NCBI GenBank assembly: GCA_001784175.1
Contig: MFPR01000017.1
Location: forward strand, 155,024-214,974
Direction: 5' to 3'
DNA: 59,951 nt
DNA from: Candidatus Lindowbacteria bacterium RIFCSPLOWO2_12_FULL_62_27
Lineage (GTDB): Bacteria > Lindowbacteria > 2-12-FULL-62-27
The translations under genes and the position numbers were made by a program. This document shows, one piece after another, positions 37,151-47,324 of this stretch. The stretch's first letter is position 1. Each line of letters starts with the position of its first letter. A model generated the notes under the pieces. It was not told the origin of the DNA. It was given only the letters and a program-made list of their open reading frames with translations, and did not search any database.

Positions 37151-38509
37151 ATGAGCCGAAAGACTGTACATATCGACAAGGTTGAACAGGGGATGAAGCT
37201 TGCGTCCGCTGTCGTGACCGTATCGGGTCAGCGGCTGATGGCGGCCGGCGCGGTTCTGGACGGCGAAAACATCGGGCTTCTGAAGAAGGCGGGCATCCGG
37301 TACGTCCAAATTTACGAGACCGCCTATCAGGAATCGATCGACGAGAGCGTATTCAAGGATGTTCTGAAGCGAATGGCCGAGCGCGCCGGCGCCCCCGTTC
37401 CGCCGTTGCCCCCGGTTGCGCCGCCTGCGCCGCCGCCTCCCGCCCCCGCGGCCTTGCCGGGCGATGAGGGCCTCAAGCGCGAGGAAGCCAGGAAAACGGC
37501 GGAGAGCCTGCGGGCGAAGCTTCAGGAGGACCGCGCGCGATACGCGCAGGAATTCGGCGAGCGATACACGACGATCTCCTACACGCTGGGCGACCCGATC
37601 CCGAGGGCGCCGGCCACGCCGGACGCGGCGTTTGTGGATCTGCTCAACGTTCTGGTGCGGAACATGACCGACAAATTGATATTCGAGCGCCGGATCGACG
37701 AAGACACGGTCCAGCTTCTGGTGCGGGACGTGATCACAGAATTGTCGAGCCGGGAGAACGTGATGCAGCTTCTGACGACCGCGTATTCGGTCAGCCGGTA
37801 TCTGTTGTCGCACATGGTAAACGTGAGCCTGTTTTCGATGCGCGTGGCCGCAGAGATGAAGCTGAGTTCGGCCGAGGTGACCGACACGGCCATCGGCGCG
37901 GTCCTGCACGATATCGGGATGGTCCTCATTCCGGTGGGATTCTGGACCACGCGCCGGGAACTCACGCCGAACGCGCGGTCCGAGGTCCAGAAACATCCGG
38001 AACTCGGCTACCGGCTGATCCGCGAGACGCCGAACACGCGGGAGGCGTGGGCCCTGCCCGCCCTGGATCATCACGAGCGCCTGGACGGCGGGGGCTATCC
38101 CCAAGGCAAGCGTTTCGAACAGTTGTCGGTCGGCTCCCGGATCGTCCAGATCTGCGACGTCTACGAGGCCCTGACGTCCGACCGGTCGTATCGATACGCA
38201 AAGTTTCCCGACATATCGATGAAGCACATCCTCGGGAGTCCCGACCAGTTCGACCGGGAGATCGCGCAGGTGTTTTGCAAATCCCTGGGATTTTACCCGG
38301 AAGGCTACAGCGTGAGGCTGTCGACCGGCGAGCATGCCGTGGTGCTGTCCTCGAATCCCAAGAACGTCTTCCGGCCGCTGATCCGGCTGCTGACCGATTC
38401 GAAGGGCGCCACGCTCGATCCGGACGCGCAGCTCGAGCTGGACCTGAACCACCGGCTGGACCTGCGGATCGTCGAGATCTCGAACCGGCGGATGCCGGCC
38501 GCGTCCTGA
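37151..38509 (+). CDS. HD-GYP domain protein (cyclic dinucleotide phosphodiesterase)
   Basis: LHDIG, HP, HHERLDGGGYP, DVYEAL...R.YR. Confidence 0.9.
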   Translation: MSRKTVHIDKVEQGMKLASAVVTVSGQRLMAAGAVLDGENIGLLKKAGIRYVQIYETAYQESIDESVFKDVLKRMAERAGAPVPPLPPVAPPAPPPPAPAALPGDEGLKREEARKTAESLRAKLQEDRARYAQEFGERYTTISYTLGDPIPRAPATPDAAFVDLLNVLVRNMTDKLIFERRIDEDTVQLLVRDVITELSSRENVMQLLTTAYSVSRYLLSHMVNVSLFSMRVAAEMKLSSAEVTDTAIGAVLHDIGMVLIPVGFWTTRRELTPNARSEVQKHPELGYRLIRETPNTREAWALPALDHHERLDGGGYPQGKRFEQLSVGSRIVQICDVYEALTSDRSYRYAKFPDISMKHILGSPDQFDREIAQVFCKSLGFYPEGYSVRLSTGEHAVVLSSNPKNVFRPLIRLLTDSKGATLDPDAQLELDLNHRLDLRIVEISNRRMPAAS

Positions 38510-38517
38510 GGCCTGAC

Positions 38518-39705
38518 GTGCCCCGATACGAAATCTACCATCTTCAGGCCAACGTGATGTTCGACGCCCCGCTCTATACCCCCGAGAAGCTCCTCCTCAT
38601 GCCCGCCCGGCGCCTCGTGACCGCCGACGATCTGGCCGCCCTCAAAAAGTGGCAGGTCGACTACGTGGAGACGTCCGGCCGGAAGCTGACGGACCAGGAA
38701 GTGGAGCGCATTCTTCAGACGATGATGGCGAAGAAGGCCTCGACGCGGGCGCTGTACGGGAAGGTCAAGGACTACGAGAAGAAGCGGGCGTTCGAGTTTT
38801 ATGTGGACGCCGAGGGACTCGTGCGCACCATGTCCGAAGCGCTTTGCTCCGGGATGCGCGTCGATCCGGAGAAGCCGCGGGGTCTGGTGAGGCGGCTGGT
38901 CGAGGAGATCCGCCGCAGCCGCGACATTTATTTGAACATCATTCACAACGATTACGGCAAGGAGGAGCACCTGGTGTTTCACATGCTCAACAACATGGTC
39001 CTGTGCCTGACGATCGGCGTCTCGTCCAACATGCGCGAGGAGGATCTGCTGACCCTCGGCCTCGGCGCCTTTTTCGCCGACATCGGGATGCTCAAGGTTC
39101 CCAAGCACGTCCGGGACAAGACGCGGGAGCTGACGGAATCGGACCTTTCCATGATCCGCAAGCATCCGCTCGAAAGCGAGAAGATCCTGAACCGGTGGAT
39201 TGAAGATTACGACGACGCGGTCATCCGGATGGCGGTCGAGCATCATGAGAACGTCGACGGCAGCGGTTATCCGTACGGCAAGAAATCGCACGAGATCCAC
39301 AGCCACGCCAAGATTCTCGCACTGGCCGACGTTTACAACGCCATGACCAAGAAACGGACCTACCGGGAGGGCAAGGCGGCGGTGTCGGCGATGAAGGAGC
39401 TCCTGCTCATGAAGGACAAAAAATTCGACGCCGCCATCCTGAAGACCTTTCTCGGCGTCATGTCGGTCTTCCCGGTCGGCACGATCATCAAGCTGTCGGA
39501 CGGGACGTTCGCGCTCGTGGTGCGCCCGAACGTCGGCATGCCGCTTCAGCCGATCGTCAAGGTTTTGTTCGACGCCGAGGGCAAGCGCCTGGAGCAGCCG
39601 GTGCTGGTCGATTTGAGGAGCGAGTCGCCGCAAGACGGCGTGAAGATCGTGGGTCCGGTGGATCCGGCGTCGCTTCCCAGGATTGACATTGTCGACGAGC
39701 TCTGA
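38518..39705 (+). CDS. HD-GYP domain protein with degenerate HD motif (AD)
   Basis: FADIG, HHENVDGSGYP, DVYNAMTKKRTYR. GTG start 38518 inferred. Confidence 0.85.
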   Translation: MPRYEIYHLQANVMFDAPLYTPEKLLLMPARRLVTADDLAALKKWQVDYVETSGRKLTDQEVERILQTMMAKKASTRALYGKVKDYEKKRAFEFYVDAEGLVRTMSEALCSGMRVDPEKPRGLVRRLVEEIRRSRDIYLNIIHNDYGKEEHLVFHMLNNMVLCLTIGVSSNMREEDLLTLGLGAFFADIGMLKVPKHVRDKTRELTESDLSMIRKHPLESEKILNRWIEDYDDAVIRMAVEHHENVDGSGYPYGKKSHEIHSHAKILALADVYNAMTKKRTYREGKAAVSAMKELLLMKDKKFDAAILKTFLGVMSVFPVGTIIKLSDGTFALVVRPNVGMPLQPIVKVLFDAEGKRLEQPVLVDLRSESPQDGVKIVGPVDPASLPRIDIVDEL

Positions 39706-40081
39706 AAGCTCGACGGCGAAGTCCGCGCCGGCCGTGGGCCGATGGGCGGAGGACACGGCGGCGGCGTTTCTCGAATCCAAAGGATGCCGCATCCTCTCGA
39801 GAAATTTCCGGACGCGCGCCGGCGAAATCGATCTCGTCGCGGAAGAGGGCGAGACGCTGGTGCTGGTCGAGGTCAAGTACCGGTCGGATGAGGCATTCGC
39901 GCCGGCCGAAGAAGCCTGGACCGCTTCGAAACGCAAGAAGGTTCTCAAGGCTGGCCGGTGGGCGGCCGCGCGGTGGGGCCGATCGAGGGCCGTGCGGTTT
40001 GACCTGATCGTTCTGGTCGGCCCGCCGGATCGGGCGGAAACCCGGCATTATTCCAACGTGATCGAGGGCGTGGATCTTTGA
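39683..40081 (+). CDS. yraN: YraN / UPF0102 family putative endonuclease
   Basis: GRWAEDTAAAFL, RNFRTRAGEIDLVA, VEVKYR, RFDLI. Confidence 0.9.
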   Translation: MTLSTSSESSTAKSAPAVGRWAEDTAAAFLESKGCRILSRNFRTRAGEIDLVAEEGETLVLVEVKYRSDEAFAPAEEAWTASKRKKVLKAGRWAAARWGRSRAVRFDLIVLVGPPDRAETRHYSNVIEGVDL

Positions 40082-40878
40082 AGGCGCGATCGTCCGGCAA
40101 GACGCTCGCCGTCGACATCGGAAACACCAACATCACCCTGGGCGTGTTTCAGGACTCGCGGCTGCTCTGTTCCGCGCGGGCGGTCACCGGCCGGCGGACG
40201 GTGGACGAGATGGAGGTGGTGATTTCGGCGCTCCTCGCGCAGCGCGGCGTTGCGCTGTCGAAGATCGCGGTTTCCGTGGTGGCGTCGGTGGTCCCGGACG
40301 TGACGCCTGCCTTGGTGTCTGCGCTCCGGCGCCATCACCGGACGGTCGTGGATGTGAACGACCCGAAGGCCCGGGCGCTGGTGCCGGTCGATTACCGGCC
40401 GGTCGCGTCTGTCGGCGCGGACCGGCTCGCCAACGCCGTCGCGGCGCACCAGATGTATCCGAAGGGCCGCGCGAAGATCGTGGTCGATTTCGGGACCGCC
40501 ACCACGTTTGACTGCGTTTCAGCCGATGGCGTGTATCTGGGGGGCGCGATCCATCCGGGGGTCGAAATTTCAGCCCAATCGCTCTTTGAAAAAACGGCGC
40601 AGCTTCCCCGGATCGATTTCACCCCGGAGCGGCGCGCGGTGGGCAAAGACACGCAGAGCAGCATCCGAGCGGGTTTATTTTTCGGCATCGTCGGCGCGGT
40701 TCGGGAGCTGATCCGGCAGATCGAACGCGAGATCGGCCCGTCGTACCGGATCGGCGCCGGGGGTCTGGCGCCGCTGGTCTGCCCCGCGGTCGGCGGCTTT
40801 CACGCGGTGGACGCGGACCTGACGCTCAAGGGCATCAAGATGTGGTTTGACAAATTCCGTGCATCGCAAGTAGCGTAG
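40078..40878 (+). CDS. coaX: type III pantothenate kinase
   Basis: AVDIGNTN, SVVP, VGADR, VDFGTATTFD, YLGGAI.PG. Confidence 0.95.
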   Translation: MKARSSGKTLAVDIGNTNITLGVFQDSRLLCSARAVTGRRTVDEMEVVISALLAQRGVALSKIAVSVVASVVPDVTPALVSALRRHHRTVVDVNDPKARALVPVDYRPVASVGADRLANAVAAHQMYPKGRAKIVVDFGTATTFDCVSADGVYLGGAIHPGVEISAQSLFEKTAQLPRIDFTPERRAVGKDTQSSIRAGLFFGIVGAVRELIRQIEREIGPSYRIGAGGLAPLVCPAVGGFHAVDADLTLKGIKMWFDKFRASQVA

Positions 40879-40884
40879 CGGGAT

Positions 40885-41343
40885 ATGGCGCTGCCGATCA
40901 GTTCAAGCTACCGGATTTTCTGGACCGGAAAATATCTCGAACGCGCGGAGGTTCTGGCCCGGCTTCTGGACCAGAAACTGCTGCACACCTTTGACATGTC
41001 GCCCGCCCAAAAGCTCGTGGCGTGGGAGGAACTCCTCAAGGCCTTCGGTGTCCACACGGAGTACGTCCGGCGGCACACGGAAGTGTCGACCGCGGAGGTT
41101 CTACAGTTTTTCGTACTCGAGGAGCAGTCGCCGACCTCCATCCTGAATTCGATGCACATGGCCCGGGAAAATATTTCGGGGTCGATGCCCGACGACATCT
41201 TCGTCGTTGTCAACAAGCTCTATCTGAAACTTCGCGACAAATCCGCCGCAGAGGCCTTGGCGAAAAAACCGCATGAATTCCTGAGCGAAGTCATCCAGAC
41301 GTGCATGCAGGTGGTCGGGATCGTCAACCGGCTGTGGGGATGA
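40885..41343 (+). CDS. alpha-E (DUF403) domain protein, single unit
   Basis: FWTGKYLERAEVLARLL and SI...ARENI (ER motif of alpha-E). Confidence 0.75.
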   Translation: MALPISSSYRIFWTGKYLERAEVLARLLDQKLLHTFDMSPAQKLVAWEELLKAFGVHTEYVRRHTEVSTAEVLQFFVLEEQSPTSILNSMHMARENISGSMPDDIFVVVNKLYLKLRDKSAAEALAKKPHEFLSEVIQTCMQVVGIVNRLWG

Positions 41344-42524
41344 CCGCCGATCCCCACCCGCTCCTTCGGGGCGTCGTCGAGGCGATTCCGGAAGGGGATC
41401 TCTTGCGGCGCGCGTCGCAGAAGAAGCTGCGGGTCAAGTTCGGCGTCGATCCCACCGCGCCGGATTTGCATCTGGGGCATCTGGTCGTCCTGCGGAAACT
41501 CCGGCAGTTCCAGGAACTCGGCCACACGGTCGTCTACATCATCGGCGATTTCACCGCGCGGATCGGCGACCCCTCGGGCCGCAAGACCACCCGGCCGCCG
41601 CTGGAGCCGGACGTGATTGAGGCGAACGCCCGGACGTATCTCGACCAGGTCTTTCAGGTGCTGGACCGCGACCGGACGGAGGTCGTGCGGAACGGGGAGT
41701 GGTTTGGGAAAATGGGATTCGCGGATGTTCTGAGACTGGCAGGGTCCGGAACGGTTGCGCGGACGCTTGAACGCGACGATTTCGCCGAACGGGTGAAAAC
41801 CGGCAGTCCGATCGGGGTACACGAGCTTCTGTATCCGCTCATGCAGGGATACGATTCGGTGGCGGTGCGAGCGGACGTGGAGATCGGCGCGACGGACCAG
41901 AAGTTCAACCTTCTCGTCGGCCGCGATCTGCAGGAGCGCGCGGGCCAGGCGCCGCAGGTCATCGTGACGATGCCGCTTCTGGTCGGGACCGACGGAACGC
42001 AAAAGATGAGCAAGAGCTACGGGAATCACATCGCCTTCCGGGACGATCCCGAGAATTTCTACGGAAAGGTCATGTCGATCCCCGACGCCCTCCTCTTCGA
42101 CTACTGGCGGCTCCTGACCGACCGGGATGAGAACGAGATCGGGGAAATGGCCAAAGCCTGCGCGGCCGGCCGCGAAAACCCGCGGGACGTCAAGGCGGCG
42201 CTGGCGCGCGAGCTTGTTTCATTTTTCCACGGCGCGGAATCAGCCGGCCGCGCCGAGCGGCATTTTCAGAAAGTCGTGGTTTCGAAGGACGCGCCGGACG
42301 ACGTCGAGGAATTCCGCGTGGAGGCCGGCGCCGCCGCGGACCTCGCGGGCCTGCTCGCGAAGGCCATGCTGGTGCCGTCCAAGAGCGAGGCCCGCCGGAT
42401 GCTGCGGCAGGGCGCGGTGTACGTGAACGGGCAGCGGATGGATGAGAAGACGGCTTATCTTCCGAAGGACGGGGACCTCTTCAAAGTCGGCAAGCGGCGG
42501 TTTGTCCGGCTGCGCGTCTCGTGA
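41340..42524 (+). CDS. tyrS: tyrosine--tRNA ligase
   Basis: KFGVDPTAPDLHLGH, YPLMQGYD, DQKFN, KMSKS and C-terminal S4 domain. Confidence 0.97.
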   Translation: MTADPHPLLRGVVEAIPEGDLLRRASQKKLRVKFGVDPTAPDLHLGHLVVLRKLRQFQELGHTVVYIIGDFTARIGDPSGRKTTRPPLEPDVIEANARTYLDQVFQVLDRDRTEVVRNGEWFGKMGFADVLRLAGSGTVARTLERDDFAERVKTGSPIGVHELLYPLMQGYDSVAVRADVEIGATDQKFNLLVGRDLQERAGQAPQVIVTMPLLVGTDGTQKMSKSYGNHIAFRDDPENFYGKVMSIPDALLFDYWRLLTDRDENEIGEMAKACAAGRENPRDVKAALARELVSFFHGAESAGRAERHFQKVVVSKDAPDDVEEFRVEAGAAADLAGLLAKAMLVPSKSEARRMLRQGAVYVNGQRMDEKTAYLPKDGDLFKVGKRRFVRLRVS

Positions 42525-43165
42525 GCAGGCTCGGGACGCTCTTTTCGCGCACCGCCGACGGCGTGTTCGTATCGGACGTGAACACGCATCGGATCGTCTA
42601 TTGGAATCACGCGGCTCAGTCGATCTTCGGCCGGCCCTCCTCGAACGTGTGCGGCAAGTTCTGTCACGACGTGGTGCGCGGGATGTCCCGCGACGGCACG
42701 CCGTTCTGCGGCCCGGATTGCCCGGTGAAGTGGGCGGCGCGGAGCGGCCGGGTCGTTCGGCATTTCGATCTGATCACGCATGCCGCTTCCGGCCGGAAAA
42801 TCCGGCTCGACGTGAGCATCCTCGTCGTCTGGGCCGGCCCGGGCCGGAAACTCCGGGTGGTGCATCTGTTTCGAAAAAAGACGGCTTCGATTCTTCGGCC
42901 GCCCCGCCCGGCCGGATCGCCGGGCGCGCGCATCCGTTTGGCGCCGGCCGACGGTGAAATCCTCATCGCCCTCACCCGCCGCGAGCGCGATGTGCTCGAC
43001 CACATGGCGGACGGCCTCTCCACGAGGGCGCTCGCCGCCCGGCTGGGCATCCGGTACCTGACGGCCCGCACGCACATCCAGCGCATCCTTTCGAAACTCG
43101 GCGTGCACACCCGCGTCGAAGCGGTCCTTCTGGCCATCCGGCGGCCGCGGGCTCCGGGGGGCTGA
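42521..43165 (+). CDS. PAS + LuxR/NarL-type HTH transcriptional regulator (paralog 1)
   Basis: DGVFV...IVYWNHAAQSIFG PAS; GKFCHDVV...FCGPDC; LTRRERDVL...HIQRILSKLGVHTRVEAV. Confidence 0.9.
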   Translation: MSRLGTLFSRTADGVFVSDVNTHRIVYWNHAAQSIFGRPSSNVCGKFCHDVVRGMSRDGTPFCGPDCPVKWAARSGRVVRHFDLITHAASGRKIRLDVSILVVWAGPGRKLRVVHLFRKKTASILRPPRPAGSPGARIRLAPADGEILIALTRRERDVLDHMADGLSTRALAARLGIRYLTARTHIQRILSKLGVHTRVEAVLLAIRRPRAPGG

Positions 43166-43181
43166 TCCCGCCGCGGGCGGT

Positions 43182-43199
43182 ATACTGCATTTGCTGTAT
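43182..43199. promoter_or_regulatory. palindromic operator, copy 1 (ATACTGCATTTGCTGTAT)
   Basis: Intergenic, upstream of the aminotransferase-transketolase operon; matches copies at 53940 and 55561. Confidence 0.75.
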
Positions 43200-43233
43200 T
43201 GATTCTTTCCGGCCGGCTCATCTTACATGAAGC

Positions 43234-44904
43234 ATGACGCTTTTCGGCAGATCGCTGGACCGGTTCCCGTTTCATCTGCTCAACCTCGCCGCGTCCAAAC
43301 TGGCCGGTGGGAACACCGGCCGGCTCCGCTCGCATCTCGTCCGGGGCATCCTCGAGATGAACCACGAATTTGCCGCGAGCCTCCGGCGCGGCGTGCCGTC
43401 CCATCCCTGCTGCCGGCCGCTCTTCATGCGGAATCTCTCCTGCGGCGCGCCCCGGGCCGGCCTCAACAACAGCGTCGAAACCTGGCTCAGCGAATCGGCC
43501 TTCGGGTTCGGCGCCATCATCGCCGCGATGGAGGAGACGGACCGGGCCGCCGCCGATTCGCCGCAGATGCTGGAACTTCTGAGGGAATCCGACGGCGCCG
43601 TTCCGGAATTCGGCGCCCCTCCCTCGCGGACCGCCGCGCCCATCGCCAAGCTTTCCATCGGCGCGCCCGGAAGTCCGCCGCCGCGCATTCTCGTCGACAA
43701 GGAGATTGAACTCCTTTCGACGAAGGACCCTGCGGACCTCCGGTCCCTCTATGCGTATCTGCCGGGTCCGGGCAGCGCCCAAACCCTCGGCGCGATCGCC
43801 CGGCGGTACGGCGAGCAGTTCGGCGTGCGGATTTCACGAAGCGAAGTGATGATGCTGGCCAGTTGCAAGAGCGCGATTTTCACGTTCCTCCTGGCCGTGC
43901 TCAATCCCGGCGAGGAGGTCGGCGGCATGACCCCGGAATTTCCGATGCACCGGTCCGTCCCGGAAATTCTCGGGCACCGGTACGTCAGTTGGGAGCCGCG
44001 GATCGACCGGGGCAAATTCACGTACGCCGTCGCCGATCTGGCGTGCCTCCTCCGGACGCATCCGCGCATGCGGGTGCTGATTCTTTCCTATCCCGGCAAC
44101 CCGGCGCCGTTCATGTTCTCGGAGGAGGACCTGCGTGAGATCGTGGATCTGTGCCTCCGAAGCGGCGTGCGGATCTACGTCGACGCGCCTTATCACGAAA
44201 TCATTTATCCCCAGATACCGGGCAACCGCTATCCGAATATTTTCCGGGCCCATCCGGCGGCCCGCGACATCTGCGTGGTTTCGCTTTCGGAATCGAAGCG
44301 CCTCGCCGTGCCCGGCCGGCGCATCGGATACCTCATCGCGCCCGAGGGCATCATCCGCGCCATGACGCGCCTCGCGATCAATTTCTGGAGCTGCCCGAAT
44401 TCCCTCAACGACCGGCTGATGCAGTGGGCCTACGGCGACGGGTACGACGCAATCGTTGCCTGGGTGCGGGACGAGGCGGCGAAGTACGGCGAGAAGGCCG
44501 CGCACACGTTCGGCCGCCTCAAGGAGCTGGAGGCCGACGGCCTCCTGCACATCGAGCAGCCGCGCGGGGGATTCTACGCCTTCCCGATTCTGACGCCGGA
44601 CTTCCTCGGCTGCGCCGGCATGAAGGCCCTCGCCGGCCGGGGCCTGGAGGGCGTTCGGGGGCTGGCGATCTATCTTCTGCTGGTCTACAAGACCGCCGCC
44701 ATTCCGGGCACGAGTTTCGCCGACCCGAAATCGTTCGTGGGCCGGAGCGGCATCCGGATTTCGTTCGCGGGCCGCCGCGTTGAGGATGTGGCGGTGGGCC
44801 TCGAGAGGTTCTGCGGGGCACTGCGGTCCTTGAAGACCGGGACCGTTTTCGGCATCCCGGAGAAATACGGAAATCACGTCGACGAGCTTCTGGCCGTCCT
44901 TTAA
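43234..44904 (+). CDS. class I/II PLP aminotransferase with N-terminal extension
   Basis: YPGNP, VDAPYHE, SLSESKRLAVPGRRIGY, GGFY, GIRISF. Confidence 0.8.
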   Translation: MTLFGRSLDRFPFHLLNLAASKLAGGNTGRLRSHLVRGILEMNHEFAASLRRGVPSHPCCRPLFMRNLSCGAPRAGLNNSVETWLSESAFGFGAIIAAMEETDRAAADSPQMLELLRESDGAVPEFGAPPSRTAAPIAKLSIGAPGSPPPRILVDKEIELLSTKDPADLRSLYAYLPGPGSAQTLGAIARRYGEQFGVRISRSEVMMLASCKSAIFTFLLAVLNPGEEVGGMTPEFPMHRSVPEILGHRYVSWEPRIDRGKFTYAVADLACLLRTHPRMRVLILSYPGNPAPFMFSEEDLREIVDLCLRSGVRIYVDAPYHEIIYPQIPGNRYPNIFRAHPAARDICVVSLSESKRLAVPGRRIGYLIAPEGIIRAMTRLAINFWSCPNSLNDRLMQWAYGDGYDAIVAWVRDEAAKYGEKAAHTFGRLKELEADGLLHIEQPRGGFYAFPILTPDFLGCAGMKALAGRGLEGVRGLAIYLLLVYKTAAIPGTSFADPKSFVGRSGIRISFAGRRVEDVAVGLERFCGALRSLKTGTVFGIPEKYGNHVDELLAVL

Positions 44905-44919
44905 AATTCTGAAGGAGGA

Positions 44920-47319
44920 ATGCTCATGACCTGCGCCACGTTTGGGGGACTGGGAACATTCAAACTCGAGGGCGTCAACCACGTTCATCCGGTCGTCCAC
45001 CGGCCGGACGTCGAGTACGTCGACGTCGGTGATCTGCTCGATGGCCGCGCCTATCTCAAATCCGCCGACCGGGCGATCCTCGACCGCATCTTCATTCTGC
45101 AGCGCGCTCTTCTGTCCATGCTCTTCAACTTCGCGCAATCGGGACACCCCGGCGGATCCATCTCCGTGAGCCGCGCGCTCATCGTGCTCTTTCTCACGGA
45201 CCGGACCGCCTATGACATCGGCGATCCGTGGCGGCGGGACGCCGACATCGTGTCCATGGCCGCCGGCCACAAGGCGATGGGATGGTACGCGTTCAACGCG
45301 ATCCTGAATGAGGCCGTCCGGCAGGCCAAGCCGGGGCTTCTGTCGGCCAATCGTAAAAACTCGCTCTTCCTCGAAGACCTCCTCGGATTCCGAAAAAACG
45401 AGGCGGTCCTGACGCCGCTCCGGGAGAAATTCAGGTCGAAATGCCTGGACGGCCATCCGACGCCCGCGACGCCTTTCACGTATCTGGCCACGGGCGCGTC
45501 CGGCGTGGGCGTGGCGTCGACCGCGGGGCTGGCGATCGCGGCGCGCGATGTCCACCGCACGATGCCGCCGCGGGTGTACTGCCTCGAAGGCGAAGGCGGA
45601 ATGACGCCGGGCCGCGTCGAGGAAACGCTCCAGATCGCCGAGCGCGCACAGCTTGGCAATTTCATCATGGTCGTCGACCACAACGACGCCTCCATCGACG
45701 TGCCGGGTGTCTGCGCCGGCGACTACACCTTCGTCAAGCCGGAGGAACGGGGCCTCTTGCACGGATTCAATACGGCGGTCGCCGACGGAAAGAATTTCGA
45801 CCAGGTCGTCGCCGCGTTCGATTACGCCTGCCAGTATTTCCAGCACACGCGGCCCGCGATGATCGTCCTGCGCACCGAAAAGGGCGAGGGCTATGGGATC
45901 GGCACGAACAAAAGCCACGGCGCGGGGCACAAGATGGATTCCGACGCGTATTTCGCCGCGCAGAAGGTTTTCCGCGAAACATTCGGCGTGGAGCTGCCGA
46001 AAGGCGCGGGCGGGTCGGCGGCCGCGGTCGAGGAGAATTTCTGGAAGAGTCTGTTGACCGTCCGCGCCGTTCTTCAGAAGGACGCCGCGGTGCGGGAATT
46101 CATCGCCGAGCGCGTCGAGGTCGCGAAGGTACGGCTGGGAAAACTTGCGGAACAGCGGGACCGCTTCAACGGAAACGGTTCGAGCCGGACGCCGGATTTG
46201 ACGGCCATCGAGCAACTGGACCCGGCCCACCCACCGGAGGCGATTCAGCCCAAACCCGGCGCGAAGATGGCCCTGCGCGAGGCCTTGGCGAGAACGCTGG
46301 GCGAAATCAACCGCGTGTCGAAGGGTGGCGTGTTCCTCGCCGCCGCCGACCTCTACGGTTCGCTCGATTTTCCCAAGGGCATCGAATACGTTCCCGTCGA
46401 TACCGGGCATCCTGACGGCCGTGTGGTCGCGACCGGCATCACGGAGGACGGCTTCTCCGGCGTCATGGCCGGCATCTGCGCCTACGGGCGACACATCGGC
46501 GCCGGCGGATCGTATGCCGCGTTCATGACGCCGATGGGGTTCACAGCCGCGCGGCTCCTGGCGATCGGCCACGAAGTGAGCGGTCGGACGGCCAATCCCC
46601 TGATCCTGGTCGGCGGCCATGCCGGCCCAAAGACCGGTGAAGACGGTCCGACCCATGCGGACCCCCAGGCGCTCTCGGCTTGGGCGTCCTTCCCGCGGCA
46701 TTCCGCCATCACGCTGACGCCGTGGGACAATCTCGAACTTTGGCCGCTCGTCATTTCGGCCCTGAAGACGCGTCCCCGGCCTGCCGTGATCGTTCCGTTC
46801 GTGACGCGGCCGCAGGAAACGGTGATCGACCGCGCCGGGCTCGGGCTGGCCCCAGCGATCGAGGCAGTGAAGGGCGTGTATCATCTGTTGCCGGCGCGGG
46901 AGGGAGAAGTGGACGCGTATGTGGTCCTCCAGGGGTCGGCCGTCGTCCACGAACTGCTTTCAAACGACCGCGAGGTCCTGTTCGACATCCTGGAATCCGG
47001 CCTGAACATCGGATTTGTGTACGTTTCCAGCGCCGAGCTGTTCGACGCGCTGCCGGACGTCGAGCGGCGCGTCCTATGGAACGAGCAGATGGCCGGGCGC
47101 GCAATGGGCGTGACCGATTTCACGCTCGACACGATGATGCGCTGGATTCCGACGGAGGAGGGTCGCGAGTCCTCCCTGCACCCGTTCAAGGCCGGACGTT
47201 TTCTCGGCAGCGGCATCGGGCCGCACGTGCTCAAGCAGGGCGGCCTTGCGGGCGAGGACATCCGGAATGCCGTGATCGAGTTTGCGAAAAGAATATCCGC
47301 GGAGCACGCCGCGCGCTGA
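44920..47319 (+). CDS. transketolase-like ThDP-dependent enzyme, divergent
   Basis: SGHPGGS, AAGHK, LDGHPTP, TGASGVG, LEGEGG...DHN, GITE, GEDGPTH; strong SD AAGGAGG. Confidence 0.85.
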   Translation: MLMTCATFGGLGTFKLEGVNHVHPVVHRPDVEYVDVGDLLDGRAYLKSADRAILDRIFILQRALLSMLFNFAQSGHPGGSISVSRALIVLFLTDRTAYDIGDPWRRDADIVSMAAGHKAMGWYAFNAILNEAVRQAKPGLLSANRKNSLFLEDLLGFRKNEAVLTPLREKFRSKCLDGHPTPATPFTYLATGASGVGVASTAGLAIAARDVHRTMPPRVYCLEGEGGMTPGRVEETLQIAERAQLGNFIMVVDHNDASIDVPGVCAGDYTFVKPEERGLLHGFNTAVADGKNFDQVVAAFDYACQYFQHTRPAMIVLRTEKGEGYGIGTNKSHGAGHKMDSDAYFAAQKVFRETFGVELPKGAGGSAAAVEENFWKSLLTVRAVLQKDAAVREFIAERVEVAKVRLGKLAEQRDRFNGNGSSRTPDLTAIEQLDPAHPPEAIQPKPGAKMALREALARTLGEINRVSKGGVFLAAADLYGSLDFPKGIEYVPVDTGHPDGRVVATGITEDGFSGVMAGICAYGRHIGAGGSYAAFMTPMGFTAARLLAIGHEVSGRTANPLILVGGHAGPKTGEDGPTHADPQALSAWASFPRHSAITLTPWDNLELWPLVISALKTRPRPAVIVPFVTRPQETVIDRAGLGLAPAIEAVKGVYHLLPAREGEVDAYVVLQGSAVVHELLSNDREVLFDILESGLNIGFVYVSSAELFDALPDVERRVLWNEQMAGRAMGVTDFTLDTMMRWIPTEEGRESSLHPFKAGRFLGSGIGPHVLKQGGLAGEDIRNAVIEFAKRISAEHAAR

Positions 47320-47324
47320 ACGGT

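Noticed and set aside
43834-46950. 1038-aa minus-strand ORF
   Set aside because: Antisense to the aminotransferase and transketolase genes, which carry clear catalytic motifs.
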